Virus record (IMG/VR): IMGVR_UViG_3300014205_000227
Location: 2,213-66,212 of that record
DNA: 64,000 nucleotides
Direction: 5' to 3' (one strand)
Source: a virus
Taxonomy: Duplodnaviria; Caudoviricetes
The translations under genes were made by a program, and so were the position numbers. The notes beneath the pieces were generated by a model that saw only the letters and a program-made list of their open reading frames with translations, had not been told where the DNA came from and searched no databases. Each line of letters begins with the position of its first letter. Within the stretch, counting starts at the first letter, position 1. This document shows positions 27,549-36,319 of the stretch, one piece after another.

Positions 27549-29205
27549 CATCGTTCTTGGTCGCATCGTGAACACTCACAAGCCGTTCTCTTTGCCGCCA
27601 GAGATTCAGACCCACACAACCGCTATTCTCGCTCAGCGAGGCAAAGGCAAGACTTACACGGCTCGAAAGTGCTTTGAGGGCATGGTTCGAGCCGGACTTC
27701 GAGCCACGGTGCTCGACCCGGTTGGCGTATGGTGGGGAGTTCGATCTGGCGACGAACCGCTCGACGTTATCATCTTGGGCGGCAAGCATGCCGACATCGA
27801 GATCGGGAAAGAAGATGGTGAGATCATCGCTGAGATCATCGCGAACTCGAACCGTTCTTTCTTGATCGATCTATCGCACTTCCGTAAGGGGGAAATGGTT
27901 CGCTTCGTGACAGACTTCGCGGAGAACCTTTACCGGATCAACCGCGTGGGCTTGCATCTGTTCATTGACGAAGCCGACGCATTCGCGCCTCAGAAAGCCT
28001 TCGGCGACGAAAACAGAATGCTTGGAGCGATGGAAGATATCGTTCGAAGAGGCAGAGCTAGGGGACTTGGGGTAACGATGATTACCCAACGGCCGGCAGT
28101 TCTCAATAAGAACGTCTTGACACAGATCGAGCTTCTGATCTTGCTTCGAGTCGTTAGCCCTCAAGATCGAGCGGCGATTAGGGACTGGGTTTCGGTGCAT
28201 GGAACGAAAGACGAACAAGAGCTTCTGTTCTCAGAGCTTCAAGCTCTCCCGATCGGCACAGCGTTCTTTTGGTCTCCAGGTTGGCTTGAGTGCTTCGAGA
28301 AAGTCGCGGTCGACAAGATAACGACCTTCGACTCTTCTGCTACTCCTAAGCCGGGTCAAGTCATCGAGATTCCTGAGCTACTTCAAGCGACAAGCGTCGG
28401 AGATATCCAAGAACGACTTGCCGCTAACAAAGCGCCGGAAGAAGAGAAGCCCGCTTCGAATGGTCCGTGGATTGCTGAACTCACCGGCTTGAGAGACGAA
28501 GTTCGAATGCTCAGAGCTTCCCAAGAAGAAACGAAGCAGAAGATTAGAGAGTGGTATGAGTTCGGTCTCAGGGCTTTTCCTTACCTTACTTCGTCGGACA
28601 TGGAGAACTCAGAGAAGTGGATGGAACGATATCTTGAAGAAAATCGGCCGACGGAACCTCTTCGCGACGAACCTCCTTTGAGCCTCCGGTCACTTCCAGA
28701 GATCACAGCCGAAGAGCAAACTTACAGCGGTCTCACGATCACTCAACCTTTGGTGAGAATTGTGACGGCGGCTTGCATCTTGTCGAAGCTCAAACTACCG
28801 GTCAACAAAGAGACGATTGCGATCATGGCGGGACTCTCAAAGCGTGGCGGAACCTACGGAAAGAATCTAGCCGATCTCACGAAGCATCAAGTTCTCGAAC
28901 GATCGGCAGACGGCTTTGTCGTTCCAAGCTCGACCGCTGAGATTTACACGCCGACAGAGGTTCAAGACCCGGTGACTCTCTGGAAGTCGAAGCTTCCGCT
29001 CGGTCAATGGAAAATCGTGAACTACTTGATGCAGTATCCCGATACGAAGCTCTCGAAGCTCGATATCGGTCATGGAATCGGAACCGTACCGACCGGTGGA
29101 ACGTTCGGGGCAAACATCAGCGAGCTAAAGAAGCTCGGTCTGATCAGCGGAACTAATTCAGGGTTGACTCTCTCTCCGATCTTCAAAGCGAGGTCGAAGA
29201 AGTGA
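27538..29205 (+). CDS. HerA/FtsK-family ATPase (DUF87-like) with C-terminal winged-helix domains
   Basis: Walker A AQRGKGKT, Walker B LFIDEAD, RRGRARG and TQRP; GTG after GGAGG. Confidence 0.8.
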   Translation: MVDSIVLGRIVNTHKPFSLPPEIQTHTTAILAQRGKGKTYTARKCFEGMVRAGLRATVLDPVGVWWGVRSGDEPLDVIILGGKHADIEIGKEDGEIIAEIIANSNRSFLIDLSHFRKGEMVRFVTDFAENLYRINRVGLHLFIDEADAFAPQKAFGDENRMLGAMEDIVRRGRARGLGVTMITQRPAVLNKNVLTQIELLILLRVVSPQDRAAIRDWVSVHGTKDEQELLFSELQALPIGTAFFWSPGWLECFEKVAVDKITTFDSSATPKPGQVIEIPELLQATSVGDIQERLAANKAPEEEKPASNGPWIAELTGLRDEVRMLRASQEETKQKIREWYEFGLRAFPYLTSSDMENSEKWMERYLEENRPTEPLRDEPPLSLRSLPEITAEEQTYSGLTITQPLVRIVTAACILSKLKLPVNKETIAIMAGLSKRGGTYGKNLADLTKHQVLERSADGFVVPSSTAEIYTPTEVQDPVTLWKSKLPLGQWKIVNYLMQYPDTKLSKLDIGHGIGTVPTGGTFGANISELKKLGLISGTNSGLTLSPIFKARSKK

Positions 29206-29597
29206 ACTTCAAAATCCTCTTGATTCCGCTCAATTCTCAACGCGATAACATTCTCTTGCAACTTCCAAATGGAGAGCAAGAGATATGGCTTCGCGTTATT
29301 CCGAAGGCTGGTGAGTATCTTCAATGCGTTGTATGTCCTCCGGGGGAAGTGTTCGATACGTCGAGCATCGAGTCGCATCTTCGCAGGTTCCAAGTCAGAT
29401 CGGTTACTCATAACTTGCTAGGCGATCATGTCGTTCACTTGGTAGTCGAGCAGATTCACGGACGGTACGTCGAACAGCCGAAAAAGGATCAAGAAGCCAT
29501 GAACCTTGAACCCGGTCCACTCAGCGAAGATACACCAGTTCCTATGGCTTTACCACGTCCGATCACTCGACCTGGGCAAAGGCGGCGAAGAGTATGA
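29202..29597 (+). CDS. Hypothetical protein
   Basis: 131 aa; GTGA overlap. Confidence 0.5.
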   Translation: MNFKILLIPLNSQRDNILLQLPNGEQEIWLRVIPKAGEYLQCVVCPPGEVFDTSSIESHLRRFQVRSVTHNLLGDHVVHLVVEQIHGRYVEQPKKDQEAMNLEPGPLSEDTPVPMALPRPITRPGQRRRRV

Positions 29598-30076
29598 AGC
29601 CCATTGAAATCCGGCGCCCTCCGACTGGAAACCATCGAAACGTTCAGTCGGTCAAGATCGAGCCAGCAACCGGTAAACCGAATTGCTGGTGTCCTTACTG
29701 TCGAAGAGGGTTCAGAGGCTGGGTCCATACCAACAGAAAGAGCGAATACTCTGACTGGCTCTTAGAGATCGGTCTGAGAGCTAAGGTCGCGTTTGGCCGG
29801 GGCCACAAGCGAGTGAAGGTTAGCTTCTGGATACTCGGCGGCAAAGCTGATCGATCAGAATCGAGCGATCTCGACAATATGGTCAAAAGCATCGGCGATG
29901 CCCTTGAAGAGCAAGGCGTCATCCACGGTGATAAAATGACCTGTGTCTCTTGGTGGGACGTTCGCTACTTGACTCGCGCTGAGCATATGACGCTTATGGG
30001 AATCAAGAACGTGAGAGAAGATGATCTAGTCGCAACTTATCTTCTTCGAGTAGAGCCAATAGAAACCGTTATCTGA
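29594..30076 (+). CDS. rusA: RusA-like Holliday junction resolvase
   Basis: SDLDNMVKSIGDAL...IHGD catalytic motif. Confidence 0.75.
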   Translation: MKPIEIRRPPTGNHRNVQSVKIEPATGKPNCWCPYCRRGFRGWVHTNRKSEYSDWLLEIGLRAKVAFGRGHKRVKVSFWILGGKADRSESSDLDNMVKSIGDALEEQGVIHGDKMTCVSWWDVRYLTRAEHMTLMGIKNVREDDLVATYLLRVEPIETVI

Positions 30077-30095
30077 ATTCATGGAGGAACATCAT

Positions 30096-30128
30096 ATGAG
30101 CAACCAAACAAGGTTGGTCAACGAATGA
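30096..30128 (+). CDS. 10-codon leader ORF (MSNQTRLVNE) coupled to the replication gene
   Basis: GGAGGAACA RBS precedes ATG 30096; its TGA overlaps ATG 30125. Confidence 0.5.
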   Translation: MSNQTRLVNE

Positions 30129-31120
30129 GCGATTCGAGAGCTTATGCGCTTGTCGCTCAATTCGTTGGTCATCAGTCACAAATCGTCATTCCCAAAGCGT
30201 TCATAAAAGCCTTAGAAGGGGACCTTGGGGCCGCGCTCTTGCTCTGTTTGCTCTATCAAGAGCAAGTAAGAGTAGGGGATGGCGTTACGTGGTCGAGAAA
30301 GATCACTGAGTTCGAAGAGTCAATGATGATGACAGCGAAGAGAATTCGAAGATGTCTCGACGTTCTCGAAAAGACTCAGCTAGTAAAAGCCAAAGTCAAA
30401 TCGGTTAAGGGAACGCCAGTGCTTCACTACTTGGTCTCGCTCGATGGATGCGTCGGCTTATTGCTCGACGAAAGCCAATTTCCCAAACCGGAAATTGATG
30501 CGACACAACCAATTTCCGAATTGGTAAAAAGCGAGACCGTTGAACCTGACGTTCCAATTTCCGAAACGGGAAATTTACACGCGCATGGTATTAGATCTAA
30601 TCTAATACTAGATACTTCTGTTCCGGAAGAGAAGTATGTAGAAGAATACAACTCTCAGGTTTCTATACAAGATGGGATGGGTGTTGGGAAGGGGGTATCG
30701 CTATTCGAAGAAACGATTCAGAGATACGATTGCTCGAAGTCGACCGACTGTCTGATCAGGGAGATTCACGGTCTCTTCGCTTCGATACCGGCTTACGTCG
30801 ACTATCTACCGCCGACTGATGACAAGTACGAAACCTTGATCGGCTGGATTCGAGCGAACGCGCCTCACGAAGAGGGAGTTCGAGCAGAGTTCGCGAGCTT
30901 CAAGGTCTATTTCACCAACAAGAAACAAAGCAAGGGCGAAAAAAGGCCCGTACAGGCGTTGATGAACTGGCTGGGTAAAAGAGCAGGGGCGTGGGCCGTT
31001 CAGCGAGCCAGAAGAGAACCTGAGCCACTTTTCGTCTGTAATATCGGAACCGGTCTAGTGGTCGAGAGTGCGGTCGAGAAAGCTAAGCGATTGATCATAG
31101 ATCGGGAGGATTTATTCTAA
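30125..31120 (+). CDS. Replication initiator (replisome organiser) with N-terminal wHTH
   Basis: IVIPKAFIKAL...AALLL...RIRRCLDVLEKTQLV; linker; C-terminal SFKVYF...ALMNWL. Confidence 0.7.
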   Translation: MSDSRAYALVAQFVGHQSQIVIPKAFIKALEGDLGAALLLCLLYQEQVRVGDGVTWSRKITEFEESMMMTAKRIRRCLDVLEKTQLVKAKVKSVKGTPVLHYLVSLDGCVGLLLDESQFPKPEIDATQPISELVKSETVEPDVPISETGNLHAHGIRSNLILDTSVPEEKYVEEYNSQVSIQDGMGVGKGVSLFEETIQRYDCSKSTDCLIREIHGLFASIPAYVDYLPPTDDKYETLIGWIRANAPHEEGVRAEFASFKVYFTNKKQSKGEKRPVQALMNWLGKRAGAWAVQRARREPEPLFVCNIGTGLVVESAVEKAKRLIIDREDLF

Positions 31121-31887
31121 TGCTAAGTATTGAAGCGGTCGAGAAAGGTTTTCGCTTGATGGAAAGCGAGCTAGTCGTCGAGAAGGATTCTAGGAAACCA
31201 TCGAACGACCCAGAGAAGCTTGCTCGATGGTCATTGCTGTTCAAAGAGATCAGCGATGCGGATTTTCAGGCGGCTTGCCTTCGAGCTTGTCAGACCTTGC
31301 GCTTCTTTCCGAAGATCGTCGACTTTGGAGAATTGCTCTTTGGTGATCTTGAGTCGAGAGCACAGATCGCATTCGAGAAAGCCCGTGAGTGCGTTCGCAA
31401 ACTCGGTCGCTACGGAACTTGGTTCAAGAGCGACTTCGACGGGGACGGGGCGGCTCTCTACGCTTCGAACGCTGTCGGAATCGAAGTGCTTTGCTCGATG
31501 GATGCTGAGAACCGACCGTTTCGTCGGGTCGAGTTCATTAAGATTTACAAAGCCGCAGTGAGTGAAGGTCAATCGATTGACTCAGTAGCTGGAATCTGTG
31601 AGACACAGAACCGGGCTCGAGGAATAGATACCGGGTCGACTTTAGCTTTGTACGGTCGATCTGTTCTGAGTTCGCCGCCTGAACTTGTAGGTATTTGCGC
31701 CGACGCACTGCCCCTCGGCGAAACTCCTAAACTAATCGTCAAGGAAATTCCGGCTACACTAGCACAGCCGAATTCGAGCGATGACGACGACAATGGACAA
31801 AGTGATGAGAAGCCTGTCGAAAAGAGATTCGGCATGTTGCTCTCTAAGTTCCAGAGCACAACAGATGCTCAATCTACTCCAGCCTAA
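31120..31887 (+). CDS. Helicase loader-like protein
   Basis: WSLLFKEISDADFQAACLRACQTLRFFPKIVDF resembles phage loader/inhibitor domains; follows initiator. Confidence 0.55.
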   Translation: MLSIEAVEKGFRLMESELVVEKDSRKPSNDPEKLARWSLLFKEISDADFQAACLRACQTLRFFPKIVDFGELLFGDLESRAQIAFEKARECVRKLGRYGTWFKSDFDGDGAALYASNAVGIEVLCSMDAENRPFRRVEFIKIYKAAVSEGQSIDSVAGICETQNRARGIDTGSTLALYGRSVLSSPPELVGICADALPLGETPKLIVKEIPATLAQPNSSDDDDNGQSDEKPVEKRFGMLLSKFQSTTDAQSTPA

Positions 31888-32035
31888 ACCGAAGGTCAAT
31901 GTCAGGTTCTACATACTGACATTGATCCTGGCTTCGCTCATGCTTGGCTTCGCATCCCGTGTAGAATCCAAGCATGGCACTCAAGATCAAAGATTGCAGT
32001 TGGCGACTCAATCGCATGTCAAGCGCAATCGGTAA
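31865..32035 (+). CDS. Possible 56-aa single-TM protein
   Basis: FYILTLILASLMLGFA hydrophobic helix; overlaps both neighbours. Confidence 0.25.
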   Translation: MLNLLQPKPKVNVRFYILTLILASLMLGFASRVESKHGTQDQRLQLATQSHVKRNR

Positions 32036-32486
32036 GGATATTTCTTACAAGCTTGGTCATGGCGGAACGAACCCGGCCGGCGCTACGCCAGATGTCACTC
32101 TCAGCGGAAAGAGAACCTTCGGATGCGATTGCTCGGGCGGTATCGCTTGGGCTTCATTCCTTCAACGTCGACCTAAGAAGTCGAGACCGTTCTGGATAGA
32201 GACCACGAACATCTATCGAGACGCCACTAGCGGAAATCCAAAGTCGACTTTCGTTAAGATCAGTAAGCCGGTGCCCGGGTGCTATGTCGTCTATGGGGAT
32301 TACCGGGACGCGAGAGGTCGACTTCGACAAGGGCATATTGCAATCTACGGCGGAACTGGCAAGCACGGAAAGGGAATATGGGGCGTCGATTGTTCGGTTG
32401 GTGGAAAAGGATTCAAGGAACGGAATCTTCAATTTTTCCTATCCAAGAAGTCAATCTACTGCGTACTTCGTCAAGACTTAGCATGA
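31974..32486 (+). CDS. Endolysin, NlpC/P60-CHAP-like cysteine peptidase
   Basis: GCDCSG and GHIAIY catalytic Cys/His; very basic; followed by membrane proteins; TAGAAT-N6-ATG. Confidence 0.7.
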   Translation: MALKIKDCSWRLNRMSSAIGKDISYKLGHGGTNPAGATPDVTLSGKRTFGCDCSGGIAWASFLQRRPKKSRPFWIETTNIYRDATSGNPKSTFVKISKPVPGCYVVYGDYRDARGRLRQGHIAIYGGTGKHGKGIWGVDCSVGGKGFKERNLQFFLSKKSIYCVLRQDLA

Positions 32487-32887
32487 GCATCGAGCAAACG
32501 CTTCTGGAAGCCAGAGTTCAGACGCAAGAACGAAATCAGCGACTAATCGAAGCCTTGATCGCTCTTCCGGACTTCTTACTCGGCATTTGGCTGTTCATGA
32601 AGCCCGATGTTTTCAGCTACGTTCCCAATCAACTGCCGATCGTCTTTGAGATTCCTGAGTGGGTAGCCGGGTCGATCTTCTTTTCTCTTGGCCTTAGCCG
32701 CATGTTCTTGTCGTTCAAAGGCAAAGGTAGGCGACTGAGATCGCTCTTGACAGCTTTCAGCATGGCTTACTGGGCGGTGTTTTGTTACGCAGTATTCATG
32801 CAACCACGTCCATACCTATCATTCCCGATCTTTCTTGCGCTCATAATCCAGAACTTTATCGTTTACATTGTCAGGCCGCAACGATAA
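32483..32887 (+). CDS. Multi-pass membrane protein (holin-like)
   Basis: About four hydrophobic helices; ATGA overlap with lysin. Confidence 0.6.
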   Translation: MSIEQTLLEARVQTQERNQRLIEALIALPDFLLGIWLFMKPDVFSYVPNQLPIVFEIPEWVAGSIFFSLGLSRMFLSFKGKGRRLRSLLTAFSMAYWAVFCYAVFMQPRPYLSFPIFLALIIQNFIVYIVRPQR

Positions 32888-32896
32888 GCATCGATC

Positions 32897-33199
32897 ATGG
32901 AAAACGTTGGAAGCACCGCTCTAATCGTCGCCATCGTGGTATCTCTTCTCAAAATTGGAGAGTACGGGGTGGATCGATGGCGAAATCGAACCGCTGAGCA
33001 AAGCAAGGCTTTCGATGACGTCAACGGACGTATGGTTCAGCTTCTCACAGAACAGAACTCAGAGCTTGAGAGACAGCGAAAAGAGAACCGCCAGCTACTC
33101 AGCGACGTTCGAGAGATCAGAAACGAGCATCAGGATTGTGAGAGACGATATGACGCGCTACATGAAGAGGTTCGGCTTCTTCGTGATAAACTCGCTTAA
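32897..33199 (+). CDS. N-terminal TM plus coiled-coil protein (lysis cassette)
   Basis: ALIVAIVVSLL followed by a heptad-rich tail. Confidence 0.6.
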   Translation: MENVGSTALIVAIVVSLLKIGEYGVDRWRNRTAEQSKAFDDVNGRMVQLLTEQNSELERQRKENRQLLSDVREIRNEHQDCERRYDALHEEVRLLRDKLA

Positions 33200-33201
33200 C
33201 T

Positions 33202-33609
33202 ATGCCGGAAACAAAGGTCTCTTACTTCTGGGCCAAGCTCGCTTTCGCGATGCTAGTCCCCTTCACGGCTAACATCTTCGCGGCGAACGCTGTCTACGAA
33301 AAGTTCAATGACGCGGGGAACATGAACGTGTTTGCTTGGATAGTGGTAAGTTGCGTGGCGCTCAACCCAGCATTAGCCGCGGGGTTCGCCTACATTCTCA
33401 AACCGGCTGATCTTGAGGACAAATCGTTCCAAGAGATTCTTGATATCAACCCGCTCGACTTCCAAGAGCTAAACGAACAGGGGCTTCGAGATATCCTCGC
33501 TCAGAACGAAGCACGATTCGACCCTCAGACCGGCGAAGAGTTTCAAGGCAGTAGCGTTCCACCGGAAGTAGAGAACGCGATCAATGACCGCGCTCTCCCT
33601 AGTGCTTGA
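33202..33609 (+). CDS. Two-TM holin-like protein
   Basis: Two hydrophobic helices and an acidic tail. Confidence 0.55.
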   Translation: MPETKVSYFWAKLAFAMLVPFTANIFAANAVYEKFNDAGNMNVFAWIVVSCVALNPALAAGFAYILKPADLEDKSFQEILDINPLDFQELNEQGLRDILAQNEARFDPQTGEEFQGSSVPPEVENAINDRALPSA

Positions 33610-33898
33610 GTTTCTTGGCGGCTCTCTCAGCCTTGCGTCGACTAGCTCGGTCGCGAGGCTCGACCGTCTCAGAAATGACCGGTATCGATCCCAGGCTTCT
33701 AATATCCGCGCCTGTGATCTTTGGTTCTACTAGCATAAATCCCGCTCTCAAGAATTCGAGGCATTGACTGAACGTGTACTCGCTCGATCCTGCCATTTGC
33801 ATGGCGGCTTTCTCAAGTTCGCGATGATCGAGAGCAAGCTTTTTCAGCCACTTGAGATCAGCGAGCGGATCACACGATGCGATGATGCGGCGTTCCAT
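33599..33898 (-). CDS. Hypothetical protein
   Basis: 99 aa in leftward operon. Confidence 0.5.
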   Translation of the reverse strand: MERRIIASCDPLADLKWLKKLALDHRELEKAAMQMAGSSEYTFSQCLEFLRAGFMLVEPKITGADIRSLGSIPVISETVEPRDRASRRKAERAAKKLKH

Positions 33899-33899
33899 C

Positions 33900-34199
33900 T
33901 TAGTGAACCGTTAGAGTGCGACTGAGATCAAGCTCGACAACCATCAGTCGACAGCATTCGCAACCAACGTAAGCGACGACGACAAGCTCTCCGTAGTAAG
34001 AGACCATGCCGTCGTTGCCATGAACCTGAAAGTCGAAATCGCAACCGATCTCATACTCGTTAGCTTTCGACTTGGCAAGCCTAGCAAGCAGAACCGCTTT
34101 CTTGCCTAGAATGACTTGCCAATTCTCAGCGGTCGGACTTGACATTTGAATGCCGTGAATGTCTTGGGCTTCGCCTCTTTCAGCGCGTAGCATATCCAT
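33900..34199 (-). CDS. Hypothetical protein
   Basis: 99 aa; TGATG overlap. Confidence 0.5.
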   Translation of the reverse strand: MDMLRAERGEAQDIHGIQMSSPTAENWQVILGKKAVLLARLAKSKANEYEIGCDFDFQVHGNDGMVSYYGELVVVAYVGCECCRLMVVELDLSRTLTVH

Positions 34200-35470
34200 C
34201 AGGGGTTCTCCAAAATCCTCATGCCTAGTTTGCCACTGATAGCATCCTGAGCATGCTCGAATAGAACGGTCGCATCGCCAGCCTCACTTGTAAAGTGTGC
34301 GAGTTCGTGAAAGTACGTTCTCAGAAGCTCAAGCGTGTTTCCAGCGGCGAATAAGCTCTCGTTAAGCCACATGCGACGATCATTGATCTGAGAGATTCCT
34401 TTCGATGCCTCTTCTCGATTCTGAAAGATCGAGATCTGGAAGTTTGGCGGTTGCAAGATCGAGTCGAAGCTTCGAAGCAAATCGATCTGTGACTGATAGG
34501 GTTCGATCTCGACCGACTCCAGATCATCAATCGCGGTCAAGAAGTGCCCTGCAGTCTTGATACCTCCGCCGATCAAGCAAGTTTTTAGGTTTTCATTGAC
34601 CTTGACTGGAATCTTGCCCTTAGACTGGGCTCTCTCGTTTGTGACGTCCTTGTCGGCCGCGATGCAAGCCTCTTCGCCATGAACTTCGACAAACGCATCT
34701 GCGAGTCTTTGTCGAGCTTCGGCGGCGTGAATCAAACCGCTGATCGTTTCCGACTCATAAGATTGCTCATGAGTGATCATTTCCTTCGCGAGTTCGCCAG
34801 TCATCTTGGCGTCGAAGAAGTTGCTGATCTTGAGCCGGATATCGAAGTTGCTAACCATCGCTCTATCTCGGTTCATTGAGATATCGTTCAGGTTCCAATC
34901 CCAAAGCGACTTATTGTCGACCTGGCAGAGATAGATTCCCTTCGAGTAAATCTTCATGAACTCTTCTTTGGCAGGTCCGACGATTCCATGCTCGCGAGAG
35001 TCGAGAATCTTTCCTTCGTATGCTTTCACGATTCCAGGCATGCGAACTTCGACTAGATAGCCCTCTTTGTGCTTTTTGCATGGAGTGACTTGGGCATGCA
35101 GAACCTTGGTTCCCATGACCTTCTCAAAGCGGAAGGTGATCTCTTTTCCAGGGATTCGCATCATGCAGGTTGCGTTCTTCATGCGGGTGCAGACTAGGGC
35201 CGCCATCTTCATGCCCTCGCCAAATTGACCGATCTTCTCAGAGCCGATACCCTTCGAACCTTTGCCGATGATAAAGATGTCTGCGATCTCCGGAACGGTC
35301 TCGGTCGAGATACGAAGAAGGTTCACTCCCTCATGCTCGATCTTCATACCGTCTGGATCGGCGTCGATTGCGTTGCAAATGAATTCACGGGCAACTTCCC
35401 AAGCTCCCCAGTTGGAAGCGTAGTCAGGTGACAGATTGAGCGAAATTGTTTTCGATACTGAGCTTGCCAT
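34199..35470 (-). CDS. GHKL (Hsp90/MutL-like) ATPase with C-terminal HEXXH metallopeptidase motif
   Basis: AREFICNAIDA (N box), IGQFGEGMK (G box) and HELAH. Confidence 0.75.
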   Translation of the reverse strand: MASSVSKTISLNLSPDYASNWGAWEVAREFICNAIDADPDGMKIEHEGVNLLRISTETVPEIADIFIIGKGSKGIGSEKIGQFGEGMKMAALVCTRMKNATCMMRIPGKEITFRFEKVMGTKVLHAQVTPCKKHKEGYLVEVRMPGIVKAYEGKILDSREHGIVGPAKEEFMKIYSKGIYLCQVDNKSLWDWNLNDISMNRDRAMVSNFDIRLKISNFFDAKMTGELAKEMITHEQSYESETISGLIHAAEARQRLADAFVEVHGEEACIAADKDVTNERAQSKGKIPVKVNENLKTCLIGGGIKTAGHFLTAIDDLESVEIEPYQSQIDLLRSFDSILQPPNFQISIFQNREEASKGISQINDRRMWLNESLFAAGNTLELLRTYFHELAHFTSEAGDATVLFEHAQDAISGKLGMRILENP

Positions 35471-35510
35471 AACGTACACATTGTATCACGTTAGGGGGTT
35501 ATAAATGCAG

Positions 35511-35548
35511 AAAATAAAAAGCGGTCTCTCATTACAAGAGACCGCTTT
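35511..35548 (-). terminator. Rho-independent terminator
   Basis: GCGGTCTCT-cattaca-AGAGACCGC; U-tract TTTTTATTTT on minus strand. Confidence 0.7.
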
Positions 35549-35565
35549 CGCCTACGAGCTAGTTC

Positions 35566-36207
35566 TTAGCCCTGACCGTTCGGATTGACTGGTTCTACCG
35601 GTGGCTCGACCGGTGGCTCGACCGGTGGTTCTACCGGTGGCTCGACCGGAGGCTCGACCGGAGGCTCGACTGGCGGTTCTACCGGAGGCTCGACGGGTGG
35701 CTCGACGGGTGCATCTGGATTGATGTCGTCGATCTTCTTGGTCTCAGTCTCAACCGCAGTAAGAGCGGCTTCAACGGTGCCAAGAGAAGTTGAGATCGCG
35801 TCAAGCTGAGCCGCGTAAGCGTCCCGTTCTGCTTGAGTCGTCGATTGCAACTGAGCCAATCGAAGTCCTTCGTCCTTCGCGGCGGCAAGGTCTCGACGAA
35901 GCTGAGCGATCTCAACCCCATTGAACTCACCTTGAATCTTCACAAGAATGTCTTTGACGCCGATAAGAGCGGCGGCGAGAGCGGCGATACGTTGTACTTG
36001 TTCTGCCATTATTTTCTCCAGAGAGTTTAGTCTGTCCTCAAAACTCTTCGTGGAAGACAGAATCGCTTGAAGCTGTTCCAGAATCCGCCGATCTCGACTT
36101 GCATCTTGATCAGCGAAGGAACCGACAAGAGCTTCGACAGCCCTCATCAAACTTGGCAGATTCTTGTAATCCTCAGCATGCTTTCCGAAGAGAATGACCA
36201 CAGACAT
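35566..36207 (-). CDS. Coiled-coil protein with (PVEP)10 C-terminal tail
   Basis: TATACT-N6-ATG at 36207; own terminators on both sides. Confidence 0.7.
   Translation of the reverse strand: MSVVILFGKHAEDYKNLPSLMRAVEALVGSFADQDASRDRRILEQLQAILSSTKSFEDRLNSLEKIMAEQVQRIAALAAALIGVKDILVKIQGEFNGVEIAQLRRDLAAAKDEGLRLAQLQSTTQAERDAYAAQLDAISTSLGTVEAALTAVETETKKIDDINPDAPVEPPVEPPVEPPVEPPVEPPVEPPVEPPVEPPVEPPVEPVNPNGQG
35591..35710. repeat. 10 x 12-bp degenerate tandem repeat (GGYTCKACNGGN) encoding PVEP on minus strand
   Basis: Units read directly; variation is at synonymous positions. Confidence 0.9.
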
Positions 36208-36232
36208 GATTGCAGTATAGTCGCGATGGATC

Positions 36233-36270
36233 AAAAAAAAGCCCCTAGCGAACGTAAACAGATTCGCTAG
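36233..36270 (-). terminator. Rho-independent terminator after the RNase H operon
   Basis: CCTAGCGAA-N10-TTCGCTAGG with 8 T on minus strand. Confidence 0.65.
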
Positions 36271-36319
36271 GAGGAGAGAGATTTTCGTTTTGCGAGTCTT
36301 TCGCTCGCTTTTGTAAAGT

